A DNA stretch of 64,000 bases from a virus (taxonomy: Duplodnaviria; Caudoviricetes). The notes below the pieces were generated by a model. That model was not told the origin of the DNA, did no database searches, and saw only the letters and a list, made by a program, of their open reading frames with translations. This document shows positions 11,501-19,847 of the stretch, piece by piece. The position numbers were made by a program, and so were the translations under genes. The first letter of the stretch is position 1, and the number at the start of each line of letters is the position of its first letter. Location of the stretch: the IMG/VR virus record IMGVR_UViG_3300033984_000268, positions 24,359 to 88,358 of that record; one strand, given 5' to 3'.

Positions 11501-14500
11501 CTGTAAATTATCTGCATTTCTAGTTAACCAGTCTATCACAGGACCTAATTGACCAGCTTCATACGCAGTCAAGTCTTTTAAGTTCTCAATCAATTCAGAA
11601 ATAGATTCAGACTTATTATACACGTCACGTAACAACTGACTTAATGCAGGTGAATCAAATGATTTTCTTAATTCAATTACTCTGTCATTAACACCGTATC
11701 CACGAACAGCTTCAAATAATATATCAGCAAATTTTTGATGCATTGGATTTTTAAGACTATCTACTATCTTTTTAGCAACGTCTGTTGACGTAACAATTGA
11801 TACATTGGTTCCAAATTGCTTATTCAGCTTTCTGGCCATCTTTTCAAGATCCTTTAATCTCTTTACTTCAGTTTTAGATTTAGCGTTAGTAGAGGTACTT
11901 AATTTACGTTCTTTTTTAGGTTTAGTTTTTTCATCTTCAATCTGTACATCTATAGCTCCTGGTATATCCAATGCTTGAGATGCTATGTTAATACCACGAT
12001 CAAGCATTGTTCCATTAAGCGCAGACTCTTTGCTCAATGATGTCTTAACCATAATCATCATGTTTGTCCATAGAGAACGACGAGAAGAACTAACTTCATC
12101 TTTAACTTGAGCTAAAGTTGCTTGTAATGATTTATTATTTAATACTTCTATTATAAATTCTTCTACATTATTAAACATGGATAGTCCTTCTACATTCGCT
12201 GTAGGAACAGTTTTCAAAAACAACGCTTTGGTTTGTTCCATCATACGTGTAGCAGTAGCTTTCAATGTAGCATTGTCTTCAATGTTTCCGGCAATTTTTT
12301 CTTGAACTATTGCAGAAATAACTAAATTTTCAAACGATACCTGCGCATCTTTAAATTCAGAAGAAGCATATCGAATATCAATGTAAACAACATCTCCTAC
12401 TTTCATTACAGGAGCTTCCGCATTATCAGTAAAAATAAGTTTTGCTTTTGTAGCACTAACTGCTTTTAATAATTCACGTTCAGTGTTTGATAAGTCTTTG
12501 TTGGAAATTAATTTATTTAAAAACGCATCGCCTTCTTTTTCATTCAAATCAATCATCTGATTTAAAGTAAGGCCATATTGTTTAAGAATGTCTTTTGATT
12601 TACGAGTGTCTGTTTTAGAACGTGAATTTTTTCTAGCCAATCCATCTTTACCACCAGTAATAACTTTACCAGTTAAGTTTTTATAGAATCCTTCAACAAC
12701 ACCCTGTGCATATTTTAATTGTGCGTCAGTAGCTTCTTTTTGAGTCGCAATGTCATAAAACCTAGAAGGCATGATTCCTTTTTTCACAAGGTCATCCAGT
12801 TCAGTTAAACTGAAATAAACACCTTTTTCCGCCAACATCTGCATCATCTTGCTTGACTCTTTTCGAACTTGGAATGCTTCTAAAGAGTTACTGATGTGCT
12901 GTGTCTTGTTATCAAGAATATGATTAAGAACTTTTTCCTGTTCAGCAATAAAGTTTCCTGCATACGTTGGATCAGACAAAGTGTTTGCAAGTTTTTTAAA
13001 TGCCTTACCTTCTTTTGTTAGATTAATGTGGTCATATACTGAATCAAATGTACGATTAGCAAGTGCACGTTGTTCTTCTTTTGATAAACCACTTGTTTGA
13101 TCAAATGATGCTAATACGTCAACGTATGCATCAAACATATCATTATGATCACCTTCATTAAATTCACCTACTTCTGCTTTTTCAATTTTATCAACAGATT
13201 CTTTATATTTTTTTAATGCTGCAAGTTTAACAACAGCTTTATCATAGTCACGTTTAGCTGTACCTTTTAAATCTAATCCTTTGCTTCCTTCTACTTGTGT
13301 TTCTAACACTTCAATGTTTGTGTTCAATGAACTAGAATCCAATAATGAATCACGTTCAATTGTAGAAAGATTTAAAGACTTGCTTAATTTTTCATCCATT
13401 GCTTTATTTCTGTCCGCAATAGATTGAATGTTTACATTCGAAACAAGCATTTCTTTTTTAAGATTTTCAAATGCATGGTATCTAACTATATTAGCTCTAT
13501 AGTCCTTATCTGATGGACGTAAATCACTAACCGTAATTGGATTAATCATTTCATTTTGAATCTTGTCATACTGATCTTTATGTTCATTTACACGATCCGC
13601 TTTCTGTACAAGTTTAGCTCTAAAAGCTGCAGCATTTTGTTCAGTAATATCAGTTCTATTAAAAGCTTGATTTAATTCTTGAGGTGTTGCATCTTTAGCC
13701 ATGCCTTTCAAATGTTTTACAAAATCATCTTGCAAATCATTATCAAACATAGTTTGTAGTTGAAGACCAAACGCTTCTTGTTTTAAATCTTCAAGTTCTT
13801 TTGTATTACCGTTTTGAACCGCTTCTAGTATTTTATCCTGGATAGCCTTTTGTGCAAAGACTGGTTTTTTAATTTCCTGTAGGAAGGCGTGTTCATTTTT
13901 GATAAAAGCATTTAATAATTCAGCTTTAGCTTGAATTTGTTTGAACTGCGAATCTTTATCTTTTTTATACTGATCACGATTAAATGCAGCATTGTATAAT
14001 GTTTTGTTACCACCACCTTGAGTAAAATCAAACATTAAACTTTGCGCTGTATTAATTGGGCCCATAAAACCACCTATCAAAGCACCACCCAAAAATGTTT
14101 CCAATCCTGCAGGTTTTCCTTGATTATCAGCATTCATTACCCATTTTCCATTTACTTTAACTTTACCATGAAATAAAGAATTGTATGAACGATCAAAGTC
14201 TTCTGATAAAACATCCCATTGAGAACCACGTAACTGACGTTCTTGCTCTGTCTTACCGTAATAATATTTACTTGTGTTTGAAATCAAGTCTTGACCAAGT
14301 TCTTGCGAACCTTCAGATACACCACTTAATGCAAATTGGCCCCAGTATTCAGCAGCACCACGTCCACCACGTCCACCAAAAGCAACAAGTTTTCCACCAA
14401 TGTATCCTGGTTGACGAGCAACAACATTAAATCCAGCCTTTCCAATTTTATTTAATTTAAAAGCTCTGCTTAAAGCTTTTTCGCTTGTAAACATGTTATC

Positions 14501-15634
14501 AAGACCTAAAGCATTTGTTGCATAAATTAAACCAAAATTTGCTTTATACGTAGATGAATAAACGCTGTTACCACGAGAAGTAATATCATTTAATGCATCT
14601 GTAGAAAGACCTTGTTCTGGATTATCCTTATGCCATTTTTTCATTTCATCGTTAACAAATTCTTGACGAGCCATATTAGCTTCAAGTTTTGCTTCACCAT
14701 GTGACATTGTAAATTTACGAGCATCTCTAACAATAGCACCAACACCAACAGATAAACGTGCAAGACCATTAAGATCTTTTAACTTATCAGCAGTTCTTAA
14801 AAAATCAATTGTGTTAGCTGTAGGATTTATTGCATGAAACGCACCTTTACCTAATTTACTCCAAAAACCACGTGCAGTATTTACATCGGTAAGATGATCA
14901 AATGCACGAAAATATTTATTTGATTGCGAAGATGCTCTCCAGGCTTTACTTATACCATTAAAACCACGTTCTAAATTTTTAGCAGTTCTAGCCATTGCCG
15001 CTGTTCCACCAAGACCACCGCTTAAAAATGTACCAATGGCTAACAATCCTTCTTCTGCAGCAATACCGCCAATAATACCAGCAGTATATCCAGCAGATAA
15101 CATAGCATTACTGGCACTTCCTAATTTACCTTCACGTGTAGAAGAATAGGTTTTCATAATGTCACCAAAGTCTTCATAGTTATCACTAGCTGAAAGGGAA
15201 CCTTCTAAAAAAGTATCCTGTGCACCAATACCGGCAAGTTTTAAAAAACCTGTTCCAGCACGACCAATATCATCCCATCCATCTGTAGCAGCATTAAAAG
15301 CAGTGTTATTATCTTCATACGGATTAAACCCAACTTTACCAAATACATCAGAACCAAAAGACTTTAATCTTTTTAAATCTGTTTGTGTGTATGAAAAGTT
15401 TTGAGATTTTCCAAAAGACTCATTTCGTTTAGGATTTTTTTGTGCAACTAGGCTAGAAGCCTGGTTAAATAATTCTTGATTTTTTTTACGAGAATCAATA
15501 CCTTTCTGAATAAGTTCAAGTTTTTTTGCGTCTTCACCTGATAGTTTTTGTACAGGTTTATTATCAACATATTGAACATCTTTTGCAGATGCTTGATCTA
15601 CACCGCTGTTTTTACCAGTAACTACCTTTGCCAT
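8600..15634 (-). CDS. Giant internal virion (cargo/ejection) protein, 2344 aa, with Gly-rich hydrophobic segments and zincin-like domain(s)
   Basis: Long ORF next to the vRNAP gene. Possible membrane segments AGYTAGIIGGIAAEEGLLAIGTFLSGGLGG and FLGGALIGGFMG; zincin-like GFYD...LHEMFLH...HELVA; coiled-coil-like acidic C-terminal half. Confidence 0.75.
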   Translation of the reverse strand: MAKVVTGKNSGVDQASAKDVQYVDNKPVQKLSGEDAKKLELIQKGIDSRKKNQELFNQASSLVAQKNPKRNESFGKSQNFSYTQTDLKRLKSFGSDVFGKVGFNPYEDNNTAFNAATDGWDDIGRAGTGFLKLAGIGAQDTFLEGSLSASDNYEDFGDIMKTYSSTREGKLGSASNAMLSAGYTAGIIGGIAAEEGLLAIGTFLSGGLGGTAAMARTAKNLERGFNGISKAWRASSQSNKYFRAFDHLTDVNTARGFWSKLGKGAFHAINPTANTIDFLRTADKLKDLNGLARLSVGVGAIVRDARKFTMSHGEAKLEANMARQEFVNDEMKKWHKDNPEQGLSTDALNDITSRGNSVYSSTYKANFGLIYATNALGLDNMFTSEKALSRAFKLNKIGKAGFNVVARQPGYIGGKLVAFGGRGGRGAAEYWGQFALSGVSEGSQELGQDLISNTSKYYYGKTEQERQLRGSQWDVLSEDFDRSYNSLFHGKVKVNGKWVMNADNQGKPAGLETFLGGALIGGFMGPINTAQSLMFDFTQGGGNKTLYNAAFNRDQYKKDKDSQFKQIQAKAELLNAFIKNEHAFLQEIKKPVFAQKAIQDKILEAVQNGNTKELEDLKQEAFGLQLQTMFDNDLQDDFVKHLKGMAKDATPQELNQAFNRTDITEQNAAAFRAKLVQKADRVNEHKDQYDKIQNEMINPITVSDLRPSDKDYRANIVRYHAFENLKKEMLVSNVNIQSIADRNKAMDEKLSKSLNLSTIERDSLLDSSSLNTNIEVLETQVEGSKGLDLKGTAKRDYDKAVVKLAALKKYKESVDKIEKAEVGEFNEGDHNDMFDAYVDVLASFDQTSGLSKEEQRALANRTFDSVYDHINLTKEGKAFKKLANTLSDPTYAGNFIAEQEKVLNHILDNKTQHISNSLEAFQVRKESSKMMQMLAEKGVYFSLTELDDLVKKGIMPSRFYDIATQKEATDAQLKYAQGVVEGFYKNLTGKVITGGKDGLARKNSRSKTDTRKSKDILKQYGLTLNQMIDLNEKEGDAFLNKLISNKDLSNTERELLKAVSATKAKLIFTDNAEAPVMKVGDVVYIDIRYASSEFKDAQVSFENLVISAIVQEKIAGNIEDNATLKATATRMMEQTKALFLKTVPTANVEGLSMFNNVEEFIIEVLNNKSLQATLAQVKDEVSSSRRSLWTNMMIMVKTSLSKESALNGTMLDRGINIASQALDIPGAIDVQIEDEKTKPKKERKLSTSTNAKSKTEVKRLKDLEKMARKLNKQFGTNVSIVTSTDVAKKIVDSLKNPMHQKFADILFEAVRGYGVNDRVIELRKSFDSPALSQLLRDVYNKSESISELIENLKDLTAYEAGQLGPVIDWLTRNADNLQDGIEAVSNIFFQLDDANTAGFYDENTNTAYIVADNVNETTMLHEMFLHPFLVDAERNNVDLYGQLVANAISDDSIREYVIQVYGTEQELGTRQYHHELVARAFDIAAGRVINQKLNRNFLQKLKEFFQRMFKKMMGNQQVAFVDELDFLTTVDELATMIVKDRTQFEFWSDANIKPDAVEIISDFIAPTTETEETEETETETPFEEVNDTTEERADLQNRIRNIDAMVNNIAGKLSSGTITKSREITSLNSERTKLLIERKQLQQELDALPVSVSPTTNVVTDTPVDSSLEPIEYSEDDFNYNADGSLIYDQNVPYQQFPLTLQYAMANVFGKSHGNITESEMNVINRYIKDGHKDFIDAIVEYNQNAKAVTQAQKDNAARVEAERKERKDKPVKDVLSDDELMDHLLTKSGLTIDTSILTDSERKDLIKAFKERALDVPGIIHFIFEKKMLVELEAQQKLDDEAQARYEAEFMELLDAEEEFQRKKDRKKKRATSTSTNLDTLTAGTLEFQEEDAKGKLKTVSVKIGKALGRFISIYHPKIFKQEAEAFAKSVRDFKREVTAEKKRISDNIKFSENEVLATKELVDLFFKLERKGMLVPVIATEINKKLLEVKNPYRIRIINKKGYKPIGTIYSIEHGTKAQLKGTVALPSVKKENKIIENKLVTEEKDVLSTEEEPRTPEEIDFFSTEEGQKMIEDEFKYLEEYYNSKLFTIETGSYTGPIEDLTETERIIYNRAVAEGLYEKEEAPKKEPKRDLFMEGLAEKTEQDKVEQELNVLVNAFIKENVKEEPQKAYETHPLQKEFVSKIKNGPMATSLAYAVGVYQYVSQQSSKFSDKQIATIESILVDDKLSKGFYTNEISKEDVLMKDGARYKIMSATKNTISVFNVETSNLENLDILNFLSNIKDVVAEEVPVKKESFETKPSTKKGKIIKDALQNVFSNFDTSVAADLFVEDSIIETLKTQCK

Positions 15635-15637
15635 ATC

Positions 15638-18004
15638 TTATTTTTCTTCTTGTTTTTGTAACTCCTTATATTGTTTCAAAGCTTCATAAAAATGTAACTC
15701 TGCATCATCCCATTTTGTTGAAGATACAGGACCTATGTTAAATTCCATTTCTTCAAATGAACCAGGCATGATTAACGAAGGTATTGAAGTTTTACCAACT
15801 AGCATACCATCTTTATTAACTATTTTTGATTGTTTAAAATCACGTGTATTCAATAAAGGTTTTTCACCAGTGTAATTGTATGTAAAATCAGAAGTTGATT
15901 CTTGAGATGCAGCATAATGAGGATCTTTAATTTTTTGCAATTGATCGTTTGGAATAAACATTGCCATTTTTTTACCAGTATCTTCATCTTTAAAAACATA
16001 AGAACTGAACTGACGATTGCCACCAGGATGCGCATAAAATTCAGCTGTTACATTTTCACCAGCAGTTTTAAGAAATGAATGTAATTTTTTTATAGTTTCA
16101 TCATTTTCTTGAAACTCATTTTTAAATGAATTTAATTTTTTGTCAATATTTTGATCGGTGATATAAACACCACCCTGGATATTTAAAACACTATTTTCAG
16201 CAGATTGATTATTAACCATTGATAAAACATTTTGAATGGTTTTAAATTTTTCCATGTTACCTGTTGAGTTTTTATTAGAAAAATCTAATCCTCTTAACGC
16301 AACAACTTGAGATGTATTGTTACCAAATCCACCAATTTTATTTCCATTTTTATCTTCAGATAAAACCATCAATGAATTTTTATATCGTTCAGAAGGATCA
16401 ACATCATTAAACTTTTTAACAAAAATTTTATTTAATCTATCGTATGCTTCATCATATTTTTTTCCATGTCTATTATCATCTTGAGTTATTTTCATACCTA
16501 CAGGTGACCAGTCCGTTCTGCCTTGATATGTATATTTACCATCTTTAAACGTCATTTCATCAAAGTTAATTTTAGCACCTTTATATGCTTTTTTCATTGA
16601 TTCTCTATTCACAGTTTGTTCAAAATCAGCACGAGATCTAACTCTACCATCTTTTGTTAAAAATGAATTAACAAGTGTATTTTGATCAACAAAATCCGAT
16701 AAATCAACATCTAAATTTTCACCATACATTTTTTCTTTTGCTTGGTTTCTTGATGCAGAATCTACTTTAGACCAATTATTAAATAATAAACCTGTACGAA
16801 CCATTCCTTGACGACCTTTTAAAATTTCATCTTTTTGTCTATCAACACCACCTTGATTAAAAGAAGCAGCAACTGAATCAGAATTACCATAAAAGTCATC
16901 GTGATTTAAAGAATCATGATGTTTGTCAAACAAATATTTAGTTCCATAAAAACCTAAACTACCTGCAAGTTTTGTAACAGCGTCACCTTGTTTTGCTAGA
17001 TATGCATATTTAGCTTTTGGATCTTTAATGTTATTTGCTTGTCTTAATATTCCTAATGCAACACCACGATCTTTATTTTTAGAATCTCCTGTAACAGTAC
17101 CGTATTTAGATACATGTGTCAATAAATCTGTAGTATATGCAAATGATTTTTGTGCATTATCTATATCATCTTCATCTATATCTTTACCACCAGCAGCATA
17201 CTTATTTAATATTTTTGATGAGTTAGCTGTCCAAGCACCCATAACTGGTGTAGAATATTTTAAATACGTTTGTTGTATAGCTTTTTCGTGATTAACAATA
17301 GTTTTATATCCTAAATCAAAATTAGTATCAAGTGTAGAACTCATTGCAGGAGCACCAGTTTTTTTATTCCATACACCAGATGGACCATCATGTTCACGAT
17401 CATAATCTTTTTGAGCCATGAATTTATTGTCTTCCGGACGTATAACGTACTTTGAATTGTTTTTAAAATTTTCTGGAGCCAATGTAGTTTTAAAATCTTG
17501 AAACGCGTTATATGCATTAGTGTATGTTGATGCCATGTCACTACCACCATCCTTTAATGCTTTTAGAAATGCAGTATTGTGCTTTTCTAAAGTCTTATAC
17601 TTATCAACAAAATCTTCAGAATATGATTTGTTTTTTTGTTTTAAGTTTGCTAAAACATTTGGAATCCCTACATCTATTTGTTTTAAAAAAGGATTGTTTT
17701 TATTAGGATTAGTTATCTGTTCAGTAATAGCTCTAGAAACAGCATCTGCTTGAGCTTTTTTAGAATTTTCAGCATATACTTTAGAAAATTGACCTTCATA
17801 CATAGAAGCTATAAAACCCATGTCAACATCTTTAGTATTAATACCAAGTTTTTTTATAATTGGTGCATAATCAGTTTCAAACTTTTTAGGTGGTTGAACA
17901 GCCCTAACATTTGCTAATGGATCTTTTAAATTAATTGGTGCTGTTGGAGTTGTAGTAGCAACCGTTTTTGGTGTAGCTCTAACATTTGCTAATGGATCTG
18001 TCAT
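15638..18004 (-). CDS. Putative internal virion cargo protein (788 aa)
   Basis: Long ORF in the cargo block; duplicated N-terminal DPLANVRA motif; no recognisable catalytic motif. Confidence 0.55.
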   Translation of the reverse strand: MTDPLANVRATPKTVATTTPTAPINLKDPLANVRAVQPPKKFETDYAPIIKKLGINTKDVDMGFIASMYEGQFSKVYAENSKKAQADAVSRAITEQITNPNKNNPFLKQIDVGIPNVLANLKQKNKSYSEDFVDKYKTLEKHNTAFLKALKDGGSDMASTYTNAYNAFQDFKTTLAPENFKNNSKYVIRPEDNKFMAQKDYDREHDGPSGVWNKKTGAPAMSSTLDTNFDLGYKTIVNHEKAIQQTYLKYSTPVMGAWTANSSKILNKYAAGGKDIDEDDIDNAQKSFAYTTDLLTHVSKYGTVTGDSKNKDRGVALGILRQANNIKDPKAKYAYLAKQGDAVTKLAGSLGFYGTKYLFDKHHDSLNHDDFYGNSDSVAASFNQGGVDRQKDEILKGRQGMVRTGLLFNNWSKVDSASRNQAKEKMYGENLDVDLSDFVDQNTLVNSFLTKDGRVRSRADFEQTVNRESMKKAYKGAKINFDEMTFKDGKYTYQGRTDWSPVGMKITQDDNRHGKKYDEAYDRLNKIFVKKFNDVDPSERYKNSLMVLSEDKNGNKIGGFGNNTSQVVALRGLDFSNKNSTGNMEKFKTIQNVLSMVNNQSAENSVLNIQGGVYITDQNIDKKLNSFKNEFQENDETIKKLHSFLKTAGENVTAEFYAHPGGNRQFSSYVFKDEDTGKKMAMFIPNDQLQKIKDPHYAASQESTSDFTYNYTGEKPLLNTRDFKQSKIVNKDGMLVGKTSIPSLIMPGSFEEMEFNIGPVSSTKWDDAELHFYEALKQYKELQKQEEK

Positions 18005-18028
18005 GATAATATTTTTTAATTATTTTTT

Positions 18029-19810
18029 TTATTTAAGTGTTTTGTAATAATTTTTAGCAAGTTGTAAATAAGTTTGGTTAGAATAATCTGATTGTTTTTT
18101 TGCCCATGTAATGAATAAATCAGTTGATGCATCGGTTGTAGAAACTGATGCAGTTTTTAATTGTTTTTTAATAAATGGTACATAATCCGTTTGAGTATAA
18201 AAACCATTTGACGCTAATTCTGCTGGAGTAACAACATCAGGATAAACATAAGCATCTTGTTGGTCTGCTAAAAATCCATTGTATTTAATTTTTTCTTTTT
18301 TAAGTTGAGAATAATATGAATCTACACCTTTTACAACTAATGTGTTATCAGATTTTCCAGTGTCTTTATAATCTTTAAGCATTACTCCAATTGCTTCTTT
18401 AGTTAATGGATTACCATCGGTTACTGTTGCATTATAAATAAAATCTATTTTTTTAGAATCCGAATTATTTTCCATTAAAGCAATAGCTTCTCTTTGTGAA
18501 TTTAACTCTTCAGACTTATCTTTTGGTGCTTTTGCAGTAGCTTCAGCAGCATCAATTTTCATTTGTTGAATTTCTTTATCGGCAGCAATACGTTTATTTT
18601 CTATTGTAAGTTTTTGTGAAAACTCAATTTCATTTAATTTATATGCATCTACTTCTTTTTTTGTACTATAATCAGAATACGCTAATATTTTTGCAGAATC
18701 TTGAATCTCATCCATCATGAAAGATGCACCAGCTTGTTGATCCAATAAGTTACCGGCTGAAATAATACTCATGTTATTATTACGATTAGCCGATACTTTA
18801 TTTACATACTCTAAATAATCATTTGCTTCTTTACTACTTTGTTGTAAAGCTAAAATTTCTCTATACTCATTATACTTTTGAGAACCTTCTTTAATCTTAC
18901 CTTCATTGATTTGTTTTTCATAAGTGATTACTTTAGAATCAAGTATGTCTTTATCAATTTTTAATGTTGATGCTGCTCTATCAATCTTGTCAGTATAAAC
19001 TTTGTGTTGGCTATTCATATAGCCAACCATAGCGTCATTCTCATCTTTGTATTCACCGTTATTAATCTTACCTCTCATCCAACCTTTTCTTTCAACAAAT
19101 GCTTTTGTAGCATACATCTCTGTAAATTTTGGATCATCTGCTAATGCTTTTGTAAACAATGCAGTTAAAGGATTAATTAATTGTGTACCATTGGTAGTTG
19201 TAACCATGTATTTACCATCTTCTGATAGTTTATCTGTGGACATTTTAAGACCAGAGTCTTTAAAATACTTTAATGCTTTATCAAACACCTTGTTGTATGG
19301 AACATAAGTTACATCACCATAACTCATAGCTTCAGTTGAATTTAACCCTTTAAATTCTTCCATTCTATAGTTTAATGCATCTACACCTTCTTGCCAGAAT
19401 TGACCACCACATTTTTCAGGATCAACACAATTTTTAAATGATTCAGCTTTACCTATTTCATTATTGTAGTTTTTAGTCCAAACCATATCCTTAACAATAT
19501 TTTTGTTAGTGTATATCGATTGGAAAACATTTGCTGCGGCTTGTACGTTTGTATCCAATGAGAAATCAAGACCTCCCATTTTTTTAATATCATGATTGAT
19601 TACTTTAAAAAATTCATCGCGAGCAGCAACATTTTCAGCTCTACTCATGTCTGAATTAAGTATGGAACCATATAAATCATTAATTTTTTTATGACCTGCA
19701 ACATACGCAGACTCTTTTGTTTGCAACATTTGTTGATCAAACGCCAAGTTACTTTGCGTTGGATGCGTCTGTGTTACATAATCTGTTACTCCATTTAAAA
19801 AAGTTGCCAT
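18029..19810 (-). CDS. Putative internal virion cargo protein (593 aa)
   Basis: Position between tail genes and giant proteins; N-terminus (MATFLNGVTDY...QQMLQTK) resembles crAss-like cargo proteins; mostly helical. Confidence 0.55.
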   Translation of the reverse strand: MATFLNGVTDYVTQTHPTQSNLAFDQQMLQTKESAYVAGHKKINDLYGSILNSDMSRAENVAARDEFFKVINHDIKKMGGLDFSLDTNVQAAANVFQSIYTNKNIVKDMVWTKNYNNEIGKAESFKNCVDPEKCGGQFWQEGVDALNYRMEEFKGLNSTEAMSYGDVTYVPYNKVFDKALKYFKDSGLKMSTDKLSEDGKYMVTTTNGTQLINPLTALFTKALADDPKFTEMYATKAFVERKGWMRGKINNGEYKDENDAMVGYMNSQHKVYTDKIDRAASTLKIDKDILDSKVITYEKQINEGKIKEGSQKYNEYREILALQQSSKEANDYLEYVNKVSANRNNNMSIISAGNLLDQQAGASFMMDEIQDSAKILAYSDYSTKKEVDAYKLNEIEFSQKLTIENKRIAADKEIQQMKIDAAEATAKAPKDKSEELNSQREAIALMENNSDSKKIDFIYNATVTDGNPLTKEAIGVMLKDYKDTGKSDNTLVVKGVDSYYSQLKKEKIKYNGFLADQQDAYVYPDVVTPAELASNGFYTQTDYVPFIKKQLKTASVSTTDASTDLFITWAKKQSDYSNQTYLQLAKNYYKTLK

Positions 19811-19847
19811 CTTGTAATTTTTATAAAGGTATTAATTAAATGTAAAT

